DNA of 64,000 nucleotides, taken from contig JAZDNF010000003.1 in NCBI GenBank assembly GCA_043800255.1, positions 32,001 through 96,000 on the forward strand. The letters run 5' to 3'. The notes below the pieces were generated by a model, which made no database searches, had not been told where the DNA came from, and saw only the letters and a program-made list of their open reading frames with translations. Made by a program: the position numbers and the translations under genes. Each line of letters begins with the position of its first letter. The first letter of the stretch is position 1. This stretch comes from Candidatus Altiarchaeota archaeon. GTDB taxonomy: Archaea; Altiarchaeota; Altiarchaeia; IMC4; SCGC-AAA252-I15. Shown here piece after piece: positions 54,280-64,000 of the stretch.

Positions 54280-55527
54280 ATGGCGGACTCGAGGATAAGC
54301 GGCTTCTACAAGCTGGGCTATAAGGAAAGGCAGAACAGGCTGAAGGAGAACGCGGGACTCTCTGATGAGGACTTCCATAGATTGGACGAGGGCGGGCTCA
54401 CATTGGAGGCTGCGGAGAAGATGATAGAGAACGTCATTGGAACCAGCAGGCTCCCGATGGGCGTCGCGATGAACTTCCTGATAAACGGCAGAGACTATCT
54501 GATTCCGATGGTGTTGGAGGAGCCGTCTGTTGTTGCTGCAGCCAGCAACGCGGCAAAGATTATGAGAGAAGGCGGCGGGATAACAGCATCATCAGACGAG
54601 CCTGTGATGATAGGCCAGATACAGGTTGTCGAATTCAAGCAAAAGGATGCGGTCAAGAGAGTAGAGGAGAAAAAGGAGGAAATTGTCGAACTAGCCAACA
54701 GCCAGGATCCCATCCTCCTGAAATTCGGCGGCGGAGTCAGAGACCTTACCGTCAGAAAGTTGAAGGGCCGCAAGGGCGAGATGATAATCGTCCATTTGCA
54801 CGTTGACGTCCGGGACGCGATGGGAGCTAACGCAGTCAACACCATGTGCGAGGCAGTCGCCCCAAAGCTGGAAGAGCTGACAGGGGGGAAGGCGATACTC
54901 AGGATAATATCCAATTATGCGACGGAGAGGCTCGCGAGAGCTGAGGTTACGATACCGAAGGAGGCTCTCGGCGAGGACAACATCAACAGGATAGTGTGGG
55001 CGCAGACTCTCGCAGAGGAGGACGTCTACAGGGCAGTCACCCACAACAAGGGGATTATGAACGGCATCACAGCCGTCACGTTAGCGACCTGCAACGACAC
55101 CAGAGCAGTGGAAGCCGGAGCCCACTCCTACGCCTCAAGAAGCGGGGAGTACAAGCCCCTGACAATTTGGGCGGAAGACGAAGAAGGCAACCTAAAAGGA
55201 AGAATCGAACTGCCGATAGCTGTCGGCCTGGTGGGAGGCGCGACCAAGACGCATCCATCGGCGCAGGCTGCTGTCAAAATTTTAGGGGTTAAGACTGCGA
55301 GAGAATTGGCTGAGGTCATGGCATCCGTGGGATTGGCGCAGAATTTCGCAGCCTTAAGGGCGTTGGCAACGGAAGGCATACAGCGGGGCCATATGGAACT
55401 CCACGCCAGAAATGTTGCGATAGCCGCTGGAGCCAAAGGCAAGGACGTTGACAGGATAGCAGAGCAGATGATAAAAGAAAAAAAGATCAGAGCCGACAGG
55501 GCCAAAGAGTTGCTTGGCGGCCGATGA
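54280..55527 (+). CDS. mvaA: Hydroxymethylglutaryl-CoA reductase, class II
   Basis: IENVIG, EEPSVVAAAS, DAMGAN, THNKGIMNG, GIQRGHMELH. Confidence 0.93.
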   Translation: MADSRISGFYKLGYKERQNRLKENAGLSDEDFHRLDEGGLTLEAAEKMIENVIGTSRLPMGVAMNFLINGRDYLIPMVLEEPSVVAAASNAAKIMREGGGITASSDEPVMIGQIQVVEFKQKDAVKRVEEKKEEIVELANSQDPILLKFGGGVRDLTVRKLKGRKGEMIIVHLHVDVRDAMGANAVNTMCEAVAPKLEELTGGKAILRIISNYATERLARAEVTIPKEALGEDNINRIVWAQTLAEEDVYRAVTHNKGIMNGITAVTLATCNDTRAVEAGAHSYASRSGEYKPLTIWAEDEEGNLKGRIELPIAVGLVGGATKTHPSAQAAVKILGVKTARELAEVMASVGLAQNFAALRALATEGIQRGHMELHARNVAIAAGAKGKDVDRIAEQMIKEKKIRADRAKELLGGR

Positions 55528-55531
55528 ACCG

Positions 55532-56497
55532 TCAGCGATTTTTTGGTCCGAACCTGTCCTTGGCCCTCCTCCTCAGACTTTTGAACAGTTTTGTTGCGAA
55601 GCTCCCCCTGACCAGCTTGCAGTCTGCCACCATCTTCTCGAAAAGCTGCTGGAAATCCTGCGCGATTTCCTTGGAGTAGATGTAAATGCCGCTCATGAGA
55701 GGGGCGCGTATGACCATCAGCACTTCATGGGGTTTGTCGTGTATTACGGGAATCACCATGTCCAGCTCGAATGGCTTGTCAAGGTAGTATATTTCGAGTG
55801 TGTCGTACATCCTGGCCTGCTGCTCCATGATGTCGATGGTCGTCAGGCATTCCTTGTATGCCATCTCACGGTTCTGGTAGACGTTCATTGCCAGAGCATA
55901 CGGGTACTCGATGTCAAGGGGCGTTATGTAACGGTATGCTAGGCTCTTCTCCTCGAAACAGCGGCGTCGCACCGCCTCCACATACTCCGTCCGGCCGGTT
56001 TTGCTGTATATCGTGTGCGTGTGGCTGATTGCAGGCCAGAGGATGTTGGTGGACATCATTCTGGACTTGTTCGTCAGCTCCACGATTTTTTTGTAGAATG
56101 ACTTATGATCCAGGTACCTTGCGGTTGGAATGTCTTCGCGCGTGGAAATCCTGGTGAGGTAATCCTCGATGTTTCCCCTGAACGCTTCAATGCCTTCCAA
56201 CTGCAGATTGATTTTTTTCTTCTGCTCTGATATCGTATTCTCCATGCCGCCGATGCTTAGGGCGTACGACGCCCTGCCCGTTTTCAAAACCAGTCCCCTG
56301 CCCTGCAGCAGCTTGAGCTGGTTGAAAAGGTTGGAATAGTGTATTCCTCCATAAGACTGGTCATACTCCAGATTGATGTTCTTTGGAGTTGTCTGCTCGT
56401 CTCTGAGTTCTAACGCTTTGATGGCCTTTAGTACGTTTAACTGCTGGTGCGTGAGGTCGAGCCAGTAGGTCATATCCTCTTCGATTATTCCACCCAT
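55532..56497 (-). CDS. Putative wHTH (TrmB-like) transcriptional regulator
   Basis: N-terminal wHTH-like (NLFNQLKLLQGRGLVLK), coiled linker, effector-like C-domain ending AQDFQQLFEKM. Confidence 0.55.
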   Translation of the reverse strand: MGGIIEEDMTYWLDLTHQQLNVLKAIKALELRDEQTTPKNINLEYDQSYGGIHYSNLFNQLKLLQGRGLVLKTGRASYALSIGGMENTISEQKKKINLQLEGIEAFRGNIEDYLTRISTREDIPTARYLDHKSFYKKIVELTNKSRMMSTNILWPAISHTHTIYSKTGRTEYVEAVRRRCFEEKSLAYRYITPLDIEYPYALAMNVYQNREMAYKECLTTIDIMEQQARMYDTLEIYYLDKPFELDMVIPVIHDKPHEVLMVIRAPLMSGIYIYSKEIAQDFQQLFEKMVADCKLVRGSFATKLFKSLRRRAKDRFGPKNR

Positions 56498-56562
56498 ATC
56501 ATAGTTTATAGTAGTATAAACTATTATATAAAATTTTATTCTCTCCTATTGGAGAATAACCC

Positions 56563-57936
56563 ATGCGATTAACGCATAGGGCAAAACAAAAGCTTAAAGA
56601 GCTGAACATCGACGCAGTATATGCCGCAGGGATAAAAAAATCCAGAGAGATGTTCGCATCCAGCTGCATAATAGTCACATACCCTCCATGGACAGCCCTC
56701 CCGGCAATAGGAGACGACAGAATATATGCTAATTCAGGAAACAAAAGGCTGAAGAGAATAACAGTATACGTACACCTGCCTTTCTGCACAGGCAGGTGCT
56801 CCTACTGCGGGCACACGACACTCAGCAATCCGGATACCAGCATCGTTGAACGATACATCAATGCGCTCAAAAGAGAGCTTGACCTGCTGCTCGAACAGAT
56901 TGGGAGCGCAACGGTTGAATCCCTGTACTTTGGCGGCGGAACGCCGACATACTTGGGTGAAAAACAATTAGAAGATCTCATCAGATACTATTTGGACAAC
57001 CTCAGAATCAAGGCAGATGTGGAGGTAACGGTCGAATCCAGCCCGGAGACGCTCTCCGAAAAGAAGCTGCGCGTGCTGGCTGACAGCAATGTCAACAGGT
57101 TAAGTCTCGGAGTCCAAACGTTTGATGATGCCAGTCTTGCAATAATCGGACGGCGACATAACGCTCGAGAGGCCCGCAAGGCATACTATATGGCCCGGAG
57201 GACGGGGTTCGATAACATCAACATCGACCTGATGAGAGGGCTGCCGAAGACCACTCAAAGCAGAGTCGAAAAAGATTTGGAAGCTGTTGAAGACCTTGAG
57301 CCGCCGTCTGTGAGCGTCTACAGCCTCGTCCTGCGGCCCAACACTAGGATGAAGAGATTGTACGACGACGCGCCGGGACAATTCCCGACAGAGGAGGAGT
57401 TACTGTTATACCACATAATGATGAACGAAAAACTAGCGGATTTGGGATACACAGAGGACCCCGTAGACTGGTTCACAACCCACAGGCGATTCAGATACCA
57501 ACAGCAGATACACAAGTGGGAGGATATGATAGACTCCGTCGGGATGGGAGTATCCGCATACGGGTACTGCAACGGGTGGCAGTACTACAATCACAGGAAC
57601 CTGAAAGCGTATTTTGATGCCGTCGAGAACGATCAGACTCCTGTGGAGCGGGCGCTGAAACTCGACATGAACGAACAGATGCACCACAGGATGATCTTCG
57701 GACTGAAGACCAGGGTGAATAAGAAAAAATTCCACAGGATGTTCGGAAAAGAGGTTAATGTCGTATTCGGCGATAAGATACGAAAACTGACGAACGCGGG
57801 ACTGTTATGTGAGACCCAGGAGGACATTGGATTATCGTATGCCGGCAGATTATTTGCAGATGACGTCTGCCATGAATTCTACAGCCCTGAAATCAGGATG
57901 AGGGACGGCATTTTAGCCAACCAACCGTCTGCTTAG
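56563..57936 (+). CDS. HemN/HemW-like radical SAM protein
   Basis: [46 protein letters not shown]. Confidence 0.88.
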   Translation: MRLTHRAKQKLKELNIDAVYAAGIKKSREMFASSCIIVTYPPWTALPAIGDDRIYANSGNKRLKRITVYVHLPFCTGRCSYCGHTTLSNPDTSIVERYINALKRELDLLLEQIGSATVESLYFGGGTPTYLGEKQLEDLIRYYLDNLRIKADVEVTVESSPETLSEKKLRVLADSNVNRLSLGVQTFDDASLAIIGRRHNAREARKAYYMARRTGFDNINIDLMRGLPKTTQSRVEKDLEAVEDLEPPSVSVYSLVLRPNTRMKRLYDDAPGQFPTEEELLLYHIMMNEKLADLGYTEDPVDWFTTHRRFRYQQQIHKWEDMIDSVGMGVSAYGYCNGWQYYNHRNLKAYFDAVENDQTPVERALKLDMNEQMHHRMIFGLKTRVNKKKFHRMFGKEVNVVFGDKIRKLTNAGLLCETQEDIGLSYAGRLFADDVCHEFYSPEIRMRDGILANQPSA

Positions 57937-57976
57937 CATAGAACGCGTATTTATCCGACCAGTCAGATTATTTTGC

Positions 57977-59101
57977 ATGCGCAGATACGAAATCGCCGTA
58001 ATACCCGGGGACGGGATCGGACCCGAGGTTATAGCAGAAGGCATCAAGGTCTTGGACAGGGCTGCCGATGCGCACAACTTCAGCATAGAATGGAAGCATT
58101 ATCCCATCGGGGCAGACCATTACCTCAAGACAGGCGAATTGCTTACTGAGGAGACGCTGAAGGACCTCTCCAAACAGGATTCAATCTATCTGGGAGCGCT
58201 GGGAGACCCCAGATGCGAGCCAGGAATTCTCGAAAAAGGCATACTATTGGCGTTGAGGTTCCACTTCGACCAGTACATAAACCTCAGGCCCATACGACTG
58301 CTGGAGGGAGTGTGGTGCCCGCTGAAGGACAAAAGGCCGCAGGACATAAACTTTTCAGTCGTCAGGGAGAACACCGAAGACTTCTACGTCGGAATAGGCA
58401 ACAGGGCAAAAATCGGGAAGAACAGACAGGAGCTTGAGGTTCTGAGAAGCCTCTACTCTGTGAAATTCGGGCTCGACATTGACGTCGACGGAAGCGAGAT
58501 AGCATACCAGATTGGCGTGCTCAGCAGGAAAGGCTCTGAGAGGGTTATCAGATACGCCTTCGACCTCGCAAAAAGGCAGGGCAAGAACAGGGTAACCGCT
58601 GTCGACAAGGCCAACGTGTTAAGCCACGTGTACAATTTTTGGAGGAAGATTGTCGAGGAAGTCTCGAAAGACTATCCTAGGATAGATTATGAGTTCAACT
58701 TCGTCGATGCCATAACCATGTGGTTCGTGAAGAACCCAGAATGGTATCAGGTCGTCGTGACGCCGAACATGTTCGGAGACATAATAACAGACCTGGGGGC
58801 GATGATACAAGGCGGGCTGGGACTGGCGCCAGGAGGCAACATAAACCCTGATGGGATTTCGATGTTCGAGCCGATACATGGTTCAGCTCCCAAATACAAA
58901 GGCATGAACAGAGCCAACCCGCTCGCCACCATCTGGGCTGGGGCGATGATGCTCGAAGAGCTCGGACAGAAGGGGGCAGCAGACAAGGTGGTTTCCGCGA
59001 TAGAGTCGGTCATCAAAGAGGGTAAGGTAAAAACAAAAGACCTCGGCGGGAACAACACCACGACAGAGATGGGAGACGCTGTGGCAGGGAAGCTCGGTTA
59101 A
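57977..59101 (+). CDS. leuB: 3-isopropylmalate/isocitrate dehydrogenase family
   Basis: [43 protein letters not shown]. Exact substrate not determinable. Confidence 0.8.
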   Translation: MRRYEIAVIPGDGIGPEVIAEGIKVLDRAADAHNFSIEWKHYPIGADHYLKTGELLTEETLKDLSKQDSIYLGALGDPRCEPGILEKGILLALRFHFDQYINLRPIRLLEGVWCPLKDKRPQDINFSVVRENTEDFYVGIGNRAKIGKNRQELEVLRSLYSVKFGLDIDVDGSEIAYQIGVLSRKGSERVIRYAFDLAKRQGKNRVTAVDKANVLSHVYNFWRKIVEEVSKDYPRIDYEFNFVDAITMWFVKNPEWYQVVVTPNMFGDIITDLGAMIQGGLGLAPGGNINPDGISMFEPIHGSAPKYKGMNRANPLATIWAGAMMLEELGQKGAADKVVSAIESVIKEGKVKTKDLGGNNTTTEMGDAVAGKLG

Positions 59102-60864
59102 TGTCTTGCCTTACGGTAGTGATCCTGGTAGACCCTCTTCGCCAGGTCATCATCAAAGCAGTCAAGCGCTTTCTTCCCGTGATTGAAGGCAATTACAGAT
59201 AGACCCATGTGCGCCTGCTCAGACAGGAGTTTGTCAACGGCAGAGCCTGTCAGCACGCTCTTGAACGTTCTAAGACAGTCTGATGCCAGGAGGATGTCAT
59301 GGGACTGTAACCGCTCAACCTCACCTTCACGGTAGGATTTGTTACTGATATCAGGATGAGGTATCAGCGTGTCAGCGTCTATGTCATTTTTGTTCCCCAT
59401 TAGGTCAAGGTTCCGCTCATGGGCTGAGCCGCCGCCAGGCGCCCCAGCATCCGCATCCCTGACGCCGCCGAAATGCCCTCCAAAAGCATGGAGTACGCCC
59501 AAATCCCTGAACAGGTTATGGGTGAATCGGTCAACTATTCTGTCAGCTGCCGGCCTGTTTAGAGCGTGAATTTCCTGCAGGTACGAAGTTAACTGATTGG
59601 AATGCTCTATCCCAGATTTTGAGAAACTGGCCGCCTTATCAGGCAGCTTAAGCTGCTCATCGTATGCGGAATAAACCAGCTTCATGACAGAATCCACACC
59701 CTCCTTCGAATTTGCTCCGATGATTTGGCGTCGCATCTGCCGTATCCTGTAATCCTCCCGCGAAGCCATCAGGAGCGTTGAAAGCCCCAACACCCTCTTC
59801 ATCGCAGAACCTGCCTTCAAGCGCACCCTGTCGATATCCTCTGACACACCCTCCCCAAAATAGCCTAAACCTTCGATGCCGTTTCTAGTCTCACTATCAT
59901 ACTCTGTCACATAATATTTCCCTTTCAGTGAATCCCTCCTCTTGAAGTAAGGGTCGGACTTCTCAAGAATGCTGACATACTCTGACACAGACTTCAGCTC
60001 CCTCGCGTCTAGTCTCTCCTTCTGCCTCAGAGCCTCATAGCCTAAGAGGAAAAGCTCCCTCGTGGTTAGAAGACGCGGATTGGTCAAGAAGTCTTCCATC
60101 TTGAGAGTTGATTGCACACCCCGGTTGAGGACTTTGACTTCGTCTAGAACGTCTATTCTCAGCGGCATCGGAGCCCCCGCAGGCTTTCCATCGACTCCCA
60201 TAACGAGGTTATGCAAGGCGAGCGTGCGGGCATACTCATCGACTGCATAATCTTGGCTCATGCCGCCCCAGATTGACCTGCCATCGAAAGCCCTCGTTGT
60301 TCTCATCCACTCCCCCTCAACCCGTCCGACAAGCCGGCCGTTTATGTGGAATGGAACATGCACTTCCGGGTTGGAATACAATGACTCATGCTCCCTGCCA
60401 TGCTGAGATGTCGTAGTCTGGTCTACGCCGGACTGGCCACCGCCTTTGATCCTTAGCGTTAGAAGCTGTAAGTTCCCGCCTTTCTTTCTTGCGAACGTCA
60501 GCCTTGGCGTCCTATGCTGCCCCTGAAGCTGAGAGCCTGAGACGTTCCAGTCTGTCCCAGCCCGGGAGTACTCCGGCAGCCTGTCAGATATCCTGCCAGA
60601 GGTTACGCCAAGGCTAAGGAGTGTCTTGCCTGAGGGCACGGCATCAACAGCCTCAGAGTAACCGTCTGCCAGAAGTTGTTCTACCAACTTCTTGCGCGTC
60701 GCCTCCAACCCTGCGGATATCTTAGCCTCAGATGCGCCAAGCGTCTGCGAGGATACGACGTCGAATGATTTTGAGATTCCCTCCAGCGTAACCTGCCCAG
60801 GATGTACAGCCTTTACAGACGGAAGGCTTCCCTGCCCCCTGACGCCCCCCCGGAGTCTGCTCAT
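59098..60864 (-). CDS. Hypothetical protein, possible kinase-like (SelO-like) fold
   Basis: LRIKGGG, DEY, LGVLH...GSAHERN...NDID order resembles kinase catalytic motifs. Confidence 0.45.
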   Translation of the reverse strand: MSRLRGGVRGQGSLPSVKAVHPGQVTLEGISKSFDVVSSQTLGASEAKISAGLEATRKKLVEQLLADGYSEAVDAVPSGKTLLSLGVTSGRISDRLPEYSRAGTDWNVSGSQLQGQHRTPRLTFARKKGGNLQLLTLRIKGGGQSGVDQTTTSQHGREHESLYSNPEVHVPFHINGRLVGRVEGEWMRTTRAFDGRSIWGGMSQDYAVDEYARTLALHNLVMGVDGKPAGAPMPLRIDVLDEVKVLNRGVQSTLKMEDFLTNPRLLTTRELFLLGYEALRQKERLDARELKSVSEYVSILEKSDPYFKRRDSLKGKYYVTEYDSETRNGIEGLGYFGEGVSEDIDRVRLKAGSAMKRVLGLSTLLMASREDYRIRQMRRQIIGANSKEGVDSVMKLVYSAYDEQLKLPDKAASFSKSGIEHSNQLTSYLQEIHALNRPAADRIVDRFTHNLFRDLGVLHAFGGHFGGVRDADAGAPGGGSAHERNLDLMGNKNDIDADTLIPHPDISNKSYREGEVERLQSHDILLASDCLRTFKSVLTGSAVDKLLSEQAHMGLSVIAFNHGKKALDCFDDDLAKRVYQDHYRKARH

Positions 60865-60893
60865 AAGAACTATAACACAATACAGGGTAATAT

Positions 60894-61757
60894 TTACCGT
60901 TTCGGCTCTATGTGGACGGTTACGTCAACAACCCCCGGAAAACTCTTCTTGAGCCTTTCCTCAACCTGGTGGCTGATCTCATGCCCCTTTTCGAGTGAAA
61001 TCCTGGGGTCGACTAGGATATGAAAGTCCATGTACATGTGCTCTGCTCCTCCTCTGGCTCTGACCTTGTGGCAGTCTATCACACCAGCAACCGATTTTAT
61101 TACCTCTCTGACGCGGTTCATGTCAACCATGCAGACATCACAGAGCGACTCGGACGCCCCGCGGATAATGCTAAACGCGGTCTTTGATATCAGAATCACT
61201 ATAGCGAAGGCGACAAGAGAGTCCAGCATAGGGTATCCGAGACTGACGGCGACAAAGCTGACCAGCACTGAAAGGGATGCGAAGATGTCGCTTCTCGTGT
61301 GAAGGGAGTCTGCCACCAGTATGCTGCTTCCCAGCCGCCTGCCGGCACGGTGCTCGTATCTCGCGACGAAAAAGTTTATCACCATGGTCAGCACCATAAC
61401 AGCGTATGTCACTGCTATGATATCAGGAGTTGACGGGTTCATGAGCCTCCTGAAGGCGGTTTCAACTATCTCGAACGCTGTTATCATCAGGAGCAGCGCT
61501 ATGAAAAGTGTGGCGATGGTCTCGTACTTCCTGTGGCCGTAGGGGTGGTCTCCGTCAGGAGGCTTGGACGCGAGTTGGATTGCGATAATGCCTACAACGT
61601 TTGACGTGGAGTCGAAAAGCGAGTGCACGCTGTCGGCTATCATGGACAGCGAGTTGGACATGATTCCGAAGACCGCCTTCAGCAGGGTGACGAAAAGGTT
61701 CGCGAACAGCACCAGGACAAGGGTCCGCCTTATCTCTCCAGTTTCCTTGATTAGCAT
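60894..61757 (-). CDS. Cation diffusion facilitator (FieF-like) transporter
   Basis: ADSVHSLFD, PPDGDHPYGHRKYE, ADSLHTRSD, VHIEP. Confidence 0.92.
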   Translation of the reverse strand: MLIKETGEIRRTLVLVLFANLFVTLLKAVFGIMSNSLSMIADSVHSLFDSTSNVVGIIAIQLASKPPDGDHPYGHRKYETIATLFIALLLMITAFEIVETAFRRLMNPSTPDIIAVTYAVMVLTMVINFFVARYEHRAGRRLGSSILVADSLHTRSDIFASLSVLVSFVAVSLGYPMLDSLVAFAIVILISKTAFSIIRGASESLCDVCMVDMNRVREVIKSVAGVIDCHKVRARGGAEHMYMDFHILVDPRISLEKGHEISHQVEERLKKSFPGVVDVTVHIEPKR

Positions 61758-61758
61758 T

Positions 61759-62652
61759 TCAGGTTAGAACCTCACAGCCGTCTGAGGTCACAAGAACGGT
61801 GTGCTCGAACTGGCTTACTATGCCCTTCTCCTTCTCATGAAGGGTCGGGTACTCTCTTAGTATGCCCTTGGAGACCATCTCCTTGAGCGCCAGATTAAAC
61901 CGCAACGGGTTTATCTTCTTGGAATACCATCTGGCTGCAAACGGCAGGCCCTCCCGCGGCTCTACCTCGTTCATCAGAATCCTCGCCTCCTTCAAGCGGG
62001 TGGGCTTCATCCCCATGAGAGAATAGATTTCAGCATACTTTGACTCTACCACCCTGCCGTAGCCGTCTGTCGCGAAAGGCTCCAACGCCAAGACCATATC
62101 CTCCTCGATCTTCCAATCGTAGGGGACTCTGATGTTGGGTATATGGAGTCCGGCATGCAGGTCGTACTGTCGCACCTCATGCCCTGTGAGGTTTTCGATG
62201 GGCTTGAAACCGGCCCCAGTTATGATCCTCTGGACCGCCCCACCTATCGTATTGACAGACTCGCCAGGCTTCACCAGCTCTATGGACTCTTGGAGAGCCT
62301 TCCGGTTGGCATCCAAAAGCTTCGAATAGTTCCCAGAAAGGTCTACGGTGTACGCGGTATCTGCTATGTAGCCGTCAACGTGCACGCCCAAATCGACCGA
62401 GACAACGTCCTTTTTAGAGAGCGTAGTCTTGTCGTCGAACTTCGGCGTATAGTGCGCTGTGACATCATTTATGCAGATGTTCGTTGGAAACGCGACATCA
62501 GCCGTCTCCCTGATTTTCGCCTCTATCCTCTCCGCAATCTCCAGTATGCTCGCATCAGCCTTAACGAGAGACCTGCTCCACTCCCTCACCTCTTTGGCGA
62601 TTCCGCCGGCCTTCCTGTAGGACTCCAGAACCTTCTCTTCCATTTTTATCAA
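61759..62652 (-). CDS. map: Methionine aminopeptidase type II
   Basis: AFP, AHYTP, DLGVHVDGYIADTAYT, NLTGH, LEPFAT, SQFEHT. Confidence 0.95.
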   Translation of the reverse strand: MIKMEEKVLESYRKAGGIAKEVREWSRSLVKADASILEIAERIEAKIRETADVAFPTNICINDVTAHYTPKFDDKTTLSKKDVVSVDLGVHVDGYIADTAYTVDLSGNYSKLLDANRKALQESIELVKPGESVNTIGGAVQRIITGAGFKPIENLTGHEVRQYDLHAGLHIPNIRVPYDWKIEEDMVLALEPFATDGYGRVVESKYAEIYSLMGMKPTRLKEARILMNEVEPREGLPFAARWYSKKINPLRFNLALKEMVSKGILREYPTLHEKEKGIVSQFEHTVLVTSDGCEVLT

Positions 62653-62675
62653 TAAGGTAAGATAATTAAAATAAG

Positions 62676-63566
62676 ATGTTTATAGTCTTTGAGGGGCTGG
62701 ACGGCTGCGGGAAGACCACACAGGCGAAGTTGCTGGCCGAATTTCTGGCGGAGCGCGGGGATGCTGTTATTCTGACGGCTGAGCCGACCAAGGGGGATAT
62801 AGGGGAGTACATACGAGAGATACTTTCAAGTAAGAAAATAGTTGATCCAATAACGCTTGCGCTTCTGTTTACTGCAGACAGAAGGGAACATCTTATGAAT
62901 GAAATTGAACCTGCACTTAAAGCTGGAAAAATTGTGATTTCAGAGCGTTATTTCTATTCAACAATCTGCTATCAAGCTGCACAAGGAGTTAATTGGGAGT
63001 GGCTAGTTAGCATTAATGAATTTGCGAGAAAGCCAGATGTCAGTATTTTTCTTGATAGTCCGGTAGAACGATCTATAGAAAAGATAAAGGAGAAGATACA
63101 ACGAGAGAGGATAAAGCGTGATGAAAAATTGAAGGAACTTAGGGATGTTGAGAATAGACTTAAGGAGAGAATTGCAGACTTGAAGCTAACGGCTAATAAA
63201 CTTTCGAACCACAGACTAACGGAAAAAAAATTGATAAACGGACTTGGAAGGGGTGTAGTGACTCCTAATGGAAGAGTAGCGAGGTATCTGATGAATGAAC
63301 TGATGAGTATTGAGGCTAAAAAGAATAAGTTAAATAAGGATAAAGAAGAAGTTGAAAAAGAGTACAAAAAAATACATTCCAAATATTTAAAATTCAAGGA
63401 GTTTGAAAGACCAACAACATTAGAGGCAAATAATGAAGATTATGGTATGTTCCTCATGGATGTTAAGGAAAATTACTTGAAACTTGATATGGTAAGAGTA
63501 GACGCTGATGGCACTATTGATGAAGTTTCGTCTAGGATAAACAAAGCTGTAGAACGTGTTCTTTGA
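62676..63566 (+). CDS. tmk: dTMP kinase with coiled-coil insertion
   Basis: FIVFEGLDGCGKTTQ, EPT, LLFTADRREH, ERYFYSTICYQ, KPD. Confidence 0.88.
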   Translation: MFIVFEGLDGCGKTTQAKLLAEFLAERGDAVILTAEPTKGDIGEYIREILSSKKIVDPITLALLFTADRREHLMNEIEPALKAGKIVISERYFYSTICYQAAQGVNWEWLVSINEFARKPDVSIFLDSPVERSIEKIKEKIQRERIKRDEKLKELRDVENRLKERIADLKLTANKLSNHRLTEKKLINGLGRGVVTPNGRVARYLMNELMSIEAKKNKLNKDKEEVEKEYKKIHSKYLKFKEFERPTTLEANNEDYGMFLMDVKENYLKLDMVRVDADGTIDEVSSRINKAVERVL

Positions 63567-63569
63567 TAT

Positions 63570-63986
63570 CTACAATCTTTCAGGATACATTATCATCTCG
63601 GCAATGTCAACAACGATGTGAGTTGAGAGTGAGATGACAGCTGGGACGGTAAGGCTGCTGTGGGACAGATAGACTGCAGTTGTTAGAATCGAGCCCCATA
63701 TGATGTGGAACAGAATCCTGAGAACGCCTAGACCGGGGAAGTGTATCGCATCCCTGAACCCTTTCAAGTCTGCCAGTATCTGAAGCGGGGAGCAGATGGC
63801 CTTAAGGGCCAGGTGCCTGTTCTCTTTCCTCAGCAGAGGATAGAGGATATGGTCGAAATCCATCACCACAGTAAAAATTGCGGCAGCAAAAAGCCAGACG
63901 ATGTCTGAGGAAAGCGCAATCCCATGGAACAGCATATACAACAGCACGGCAGAGACTGAAGTCAGAATGTGAGTTAAGGGGAACAT
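63570..63986 (-). CDS. Membrane-bound metal-dependent hydrolase-like protein
   Basis: TH, DFDH, FH and HIVVD motifs within TMs. Confidence 0.6.
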   Translation of the reverse strand: MFPLTHILTSVSAVLLYMLFHGIALSSDIVWLFAAAIFTVVMDFDHILYPLLRKENRHLALKAICSPLQILADLKGFRDAIHFPGLGVLRILFHIIWGSILTTAVYLSHSSLTVPAVISLSTHIVVDIAEMIMYPERL

Positions 63987-64000
63987 CTTATCAGTCAGAG

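Overview
Archaeal chromosomal window of about 50% GC (estimated by eye) with AT-richer islands. Archaeal markers are aRF1, RPA, TgtA, type II MetAP, a methanogen-type SerRS, and TATA boxes about 22-26 nt upstream of many ATGs. A DPANN/Altiarchaeota-like origin is my inference and is not proven. Layout: (1) 0-9.7 kb, RPA plus secreted or anchored surface proteins built from shared repeats. (2) 9.7-20.5 kb, five GT-C-type membrane glycosyltransferase-like genes (one frameshifted), a methyltransferase, aRF1 and a half-length PheT. (3) 21-42.6 kb, a type IV secretion/conjugative-pilus-like locus with no relaxase or VirD4 in the window: VirB2-like pilins, two VirB6-like proteins (one 1749 aa with a C-terminal HExxH domain), PrgI/VirB3-like, VirB4 and a giant decorated pilin. 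Inserted in the opposite orientation is a cassette of two radical SAM/SPASM enzymes directly downstream of a TPR/helical-repeat protein whose C-terminus is a WDN-repeat peptide resembling a triceptide (cyclophane RiPP) core, plus a paralog of that protein. (4) 43-64 kb, mostly housekeeping genes (serS, CBS proteins, tgtA, larE-like, class II HMG-CoA reductase, leuB-like, CDF, map, tmk), an AT-rich KaiC/V4R/UbiA/flavoprotein island and an orphan kinase-fold-like protein. The best candidate for an undescribed system is the rSAM/SPASM plus WDN-tailed protein cassette nested in the T4SS-like locus. All family calls come from motif reading, not database searches.
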